Positions 62,368 through 64,000 of a DNA stretch of 64,000 bases are shown piece by piece (the first letter of the stretch is position 1; each line of letters starts with the position of its first letter). The notes under the pieces are model-generated. The model had not been told where the DNA came from. It searched no databases and saw only the letters and a program-made list of their open reading frames with translations. The DNA comes from Nymphaea colorata (Eukaryota). The position numbers and the translations under genes are program-made. The stretch lies in the NCBI RefSeq assembly GCF_008831285.2, contig NC_045138.2:34162001-34226000 (forward strand), read 5' to 3'.

Positions 62368-64000
62368 TCTCTCCTCAGACCCTATCTCCAACTCTTTAAG
62401 AGTTCTTCTCTGCCTCCAAACTGGAACAGATGGGGAAGAGGGAGAGGGGGAGAGAGAGAGAGACCCAACAACCCCTTTCTTTCTTTAGCTATATTCTGAT
62501 TGTTGGTGTTTGAATGGTGCGGAGTGAGGGTGGAGGGGGAGAGGGGAAGTATACCACTGTTAATGGAGGACAAGTCTGGTTTCCTTGTTGCTTTCCGTCA
62601 CCAACCTTTTTGCCTTAGCTTGCTTTGCACTGAAACACTGGACTTGAACGTCTCAACTCTTGAAAATTCAACCGGTCTTCTTTCTCTTTCTGCTTCTGCT
62701 TTAGGCTAAACTTTTGTTGGTAGCTCTCTAGATAAACGAGAGCGAGAGGGATCGTGAGCAGGGTGCCTTAAAAGTGCGGTAAGCCTGCCTTCGTTGCCAG
62801 AGTTGGGGTCGCCGTTTGTTCTGTGATGTGCTGTTTCTATTGGGAGTTCTATGCATCGGTTGTTCGGAAAGAGACTACCCACTGAACTGAACTGATGTTT
62901 CCGATATAAGCACGCGGATCGAATCTATTTTAGATAGAAATCAGATATATATTGGATCTAGTTCTTGAGTCCAGCAAGACCAACGGTAAAGAAAAGCCTG
63001 CACAAATACTCCATTATATGCAAGCTTCTTCTCATATATAAAACTTGCCTGTGTGAAGACACTTCTTCAGGAAAATAGATCACAAGTTAATACTTCATTA
63101 ATTATAAATAATAACTTTACATGGAGCAACTTGTGAGTAATCAACCCAGTTGATTATATAACATATGATCAATACGTATAAGCTTTAATTATATTTTTGA
63201 ATAGCATTTAGAACACACTGTAGGAGGACCGTTCGAGTGGTCTTTTGGGTTTGATGAATTCCTACTTTTGTGGCTGACATGAGTGAGGAGACAAATTTGG
63301 TAAAGCCGCTACCTATGAACCGACATGAACGTATCCTTTGAATTAGACGGGAGAAAACGTGAGGTGAGAAGCTTCCTTGATCTATTTAATGGTTGCTTAA
63401 GGAAATCTAGATCGTTGGCTTCAAGGATCAGTTTTATCAGAGGTTGGTGAGACTTCATTCAAACAGGCACAACTGATCGTCGGATCAGGTCCAATTGGTT
63501 TTTTTAAGTGTGCAACTGAAATTTTAATAAAAGTTTAAGAATCCATTCACATCTCCCCATGGATTGCTTATACCCTTAGCATGCAATATGTAACTAGACT
63601 TGATGCACCACAGTGTCCATTCATTTGGTTTTGGATTCAGAATTTGGAAAACGATATTGTTAGGTTTTTCTTTTGCCAAATCAACAGCAAAAAAATTAAC
63701 CAGAAATCCATAAGCAAAAACAAAGGTTCATATTGTAAACAATGAAACAATTTCTTCGCGTTTTTTTCACAATCATATCATATGCTGTAGGTGAGCAGAA
63801 ATTGTTTTCCTCGTTGTTGAGAACACCGACTGACAGAAAGGTAAACTTTTAATCAGTTACTCTATATCACTATGAATTCGTGTTATTCTCGTTTCAAAAG
63901 AATACTGTAATTATGTATAATATTTGATTATCAAATTTAGGGACAATATTTATAATCCTTTTATAAAACGAATATGATGTTTCTAAAAATGTATGATATA

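Overview
Plant (angiosperm) nuclear genomic DNA with spliceosomal introns; all intact genes lie on the minus strand. Positions ~2.5-48.3 kb hold a tandem array of seven DUF26/Gnk2 genes. Six are 7-exon cysteine-rich receptor-like kinases, labelled here CRK-A, B, C, D, E and G in coordinate order. The seventh (CRK-F, 38976-40350) is a 2-exon kinase-less gene with a signal peptide, 2xDUF26, a TM segment and a short tail, i.e. PDLP-like topology. A decayed PLS-class PPR pseudogene lies inside the array. After the array come a LINE remnant, a DUF604/fringe-like glycosyltransferase gene and a GAUT12/IRX8-type galacturonosyltransferase gene. Exon boundaries were read by hand from GT/AG sites and checked for reading-frame phase. 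The most interesting signals are: the kinase-less member; apparent ectodomain/kinase shuffling (CRK-A has a CRK-E-like ectodomain on a differently structured kinase); co-varying cysteine patterns and retention or loss of the Gnk2 mannose-binding triad across paralogues; and premature stops trimming the conserved C-terminal tails of two kinases. No database searches could be run.
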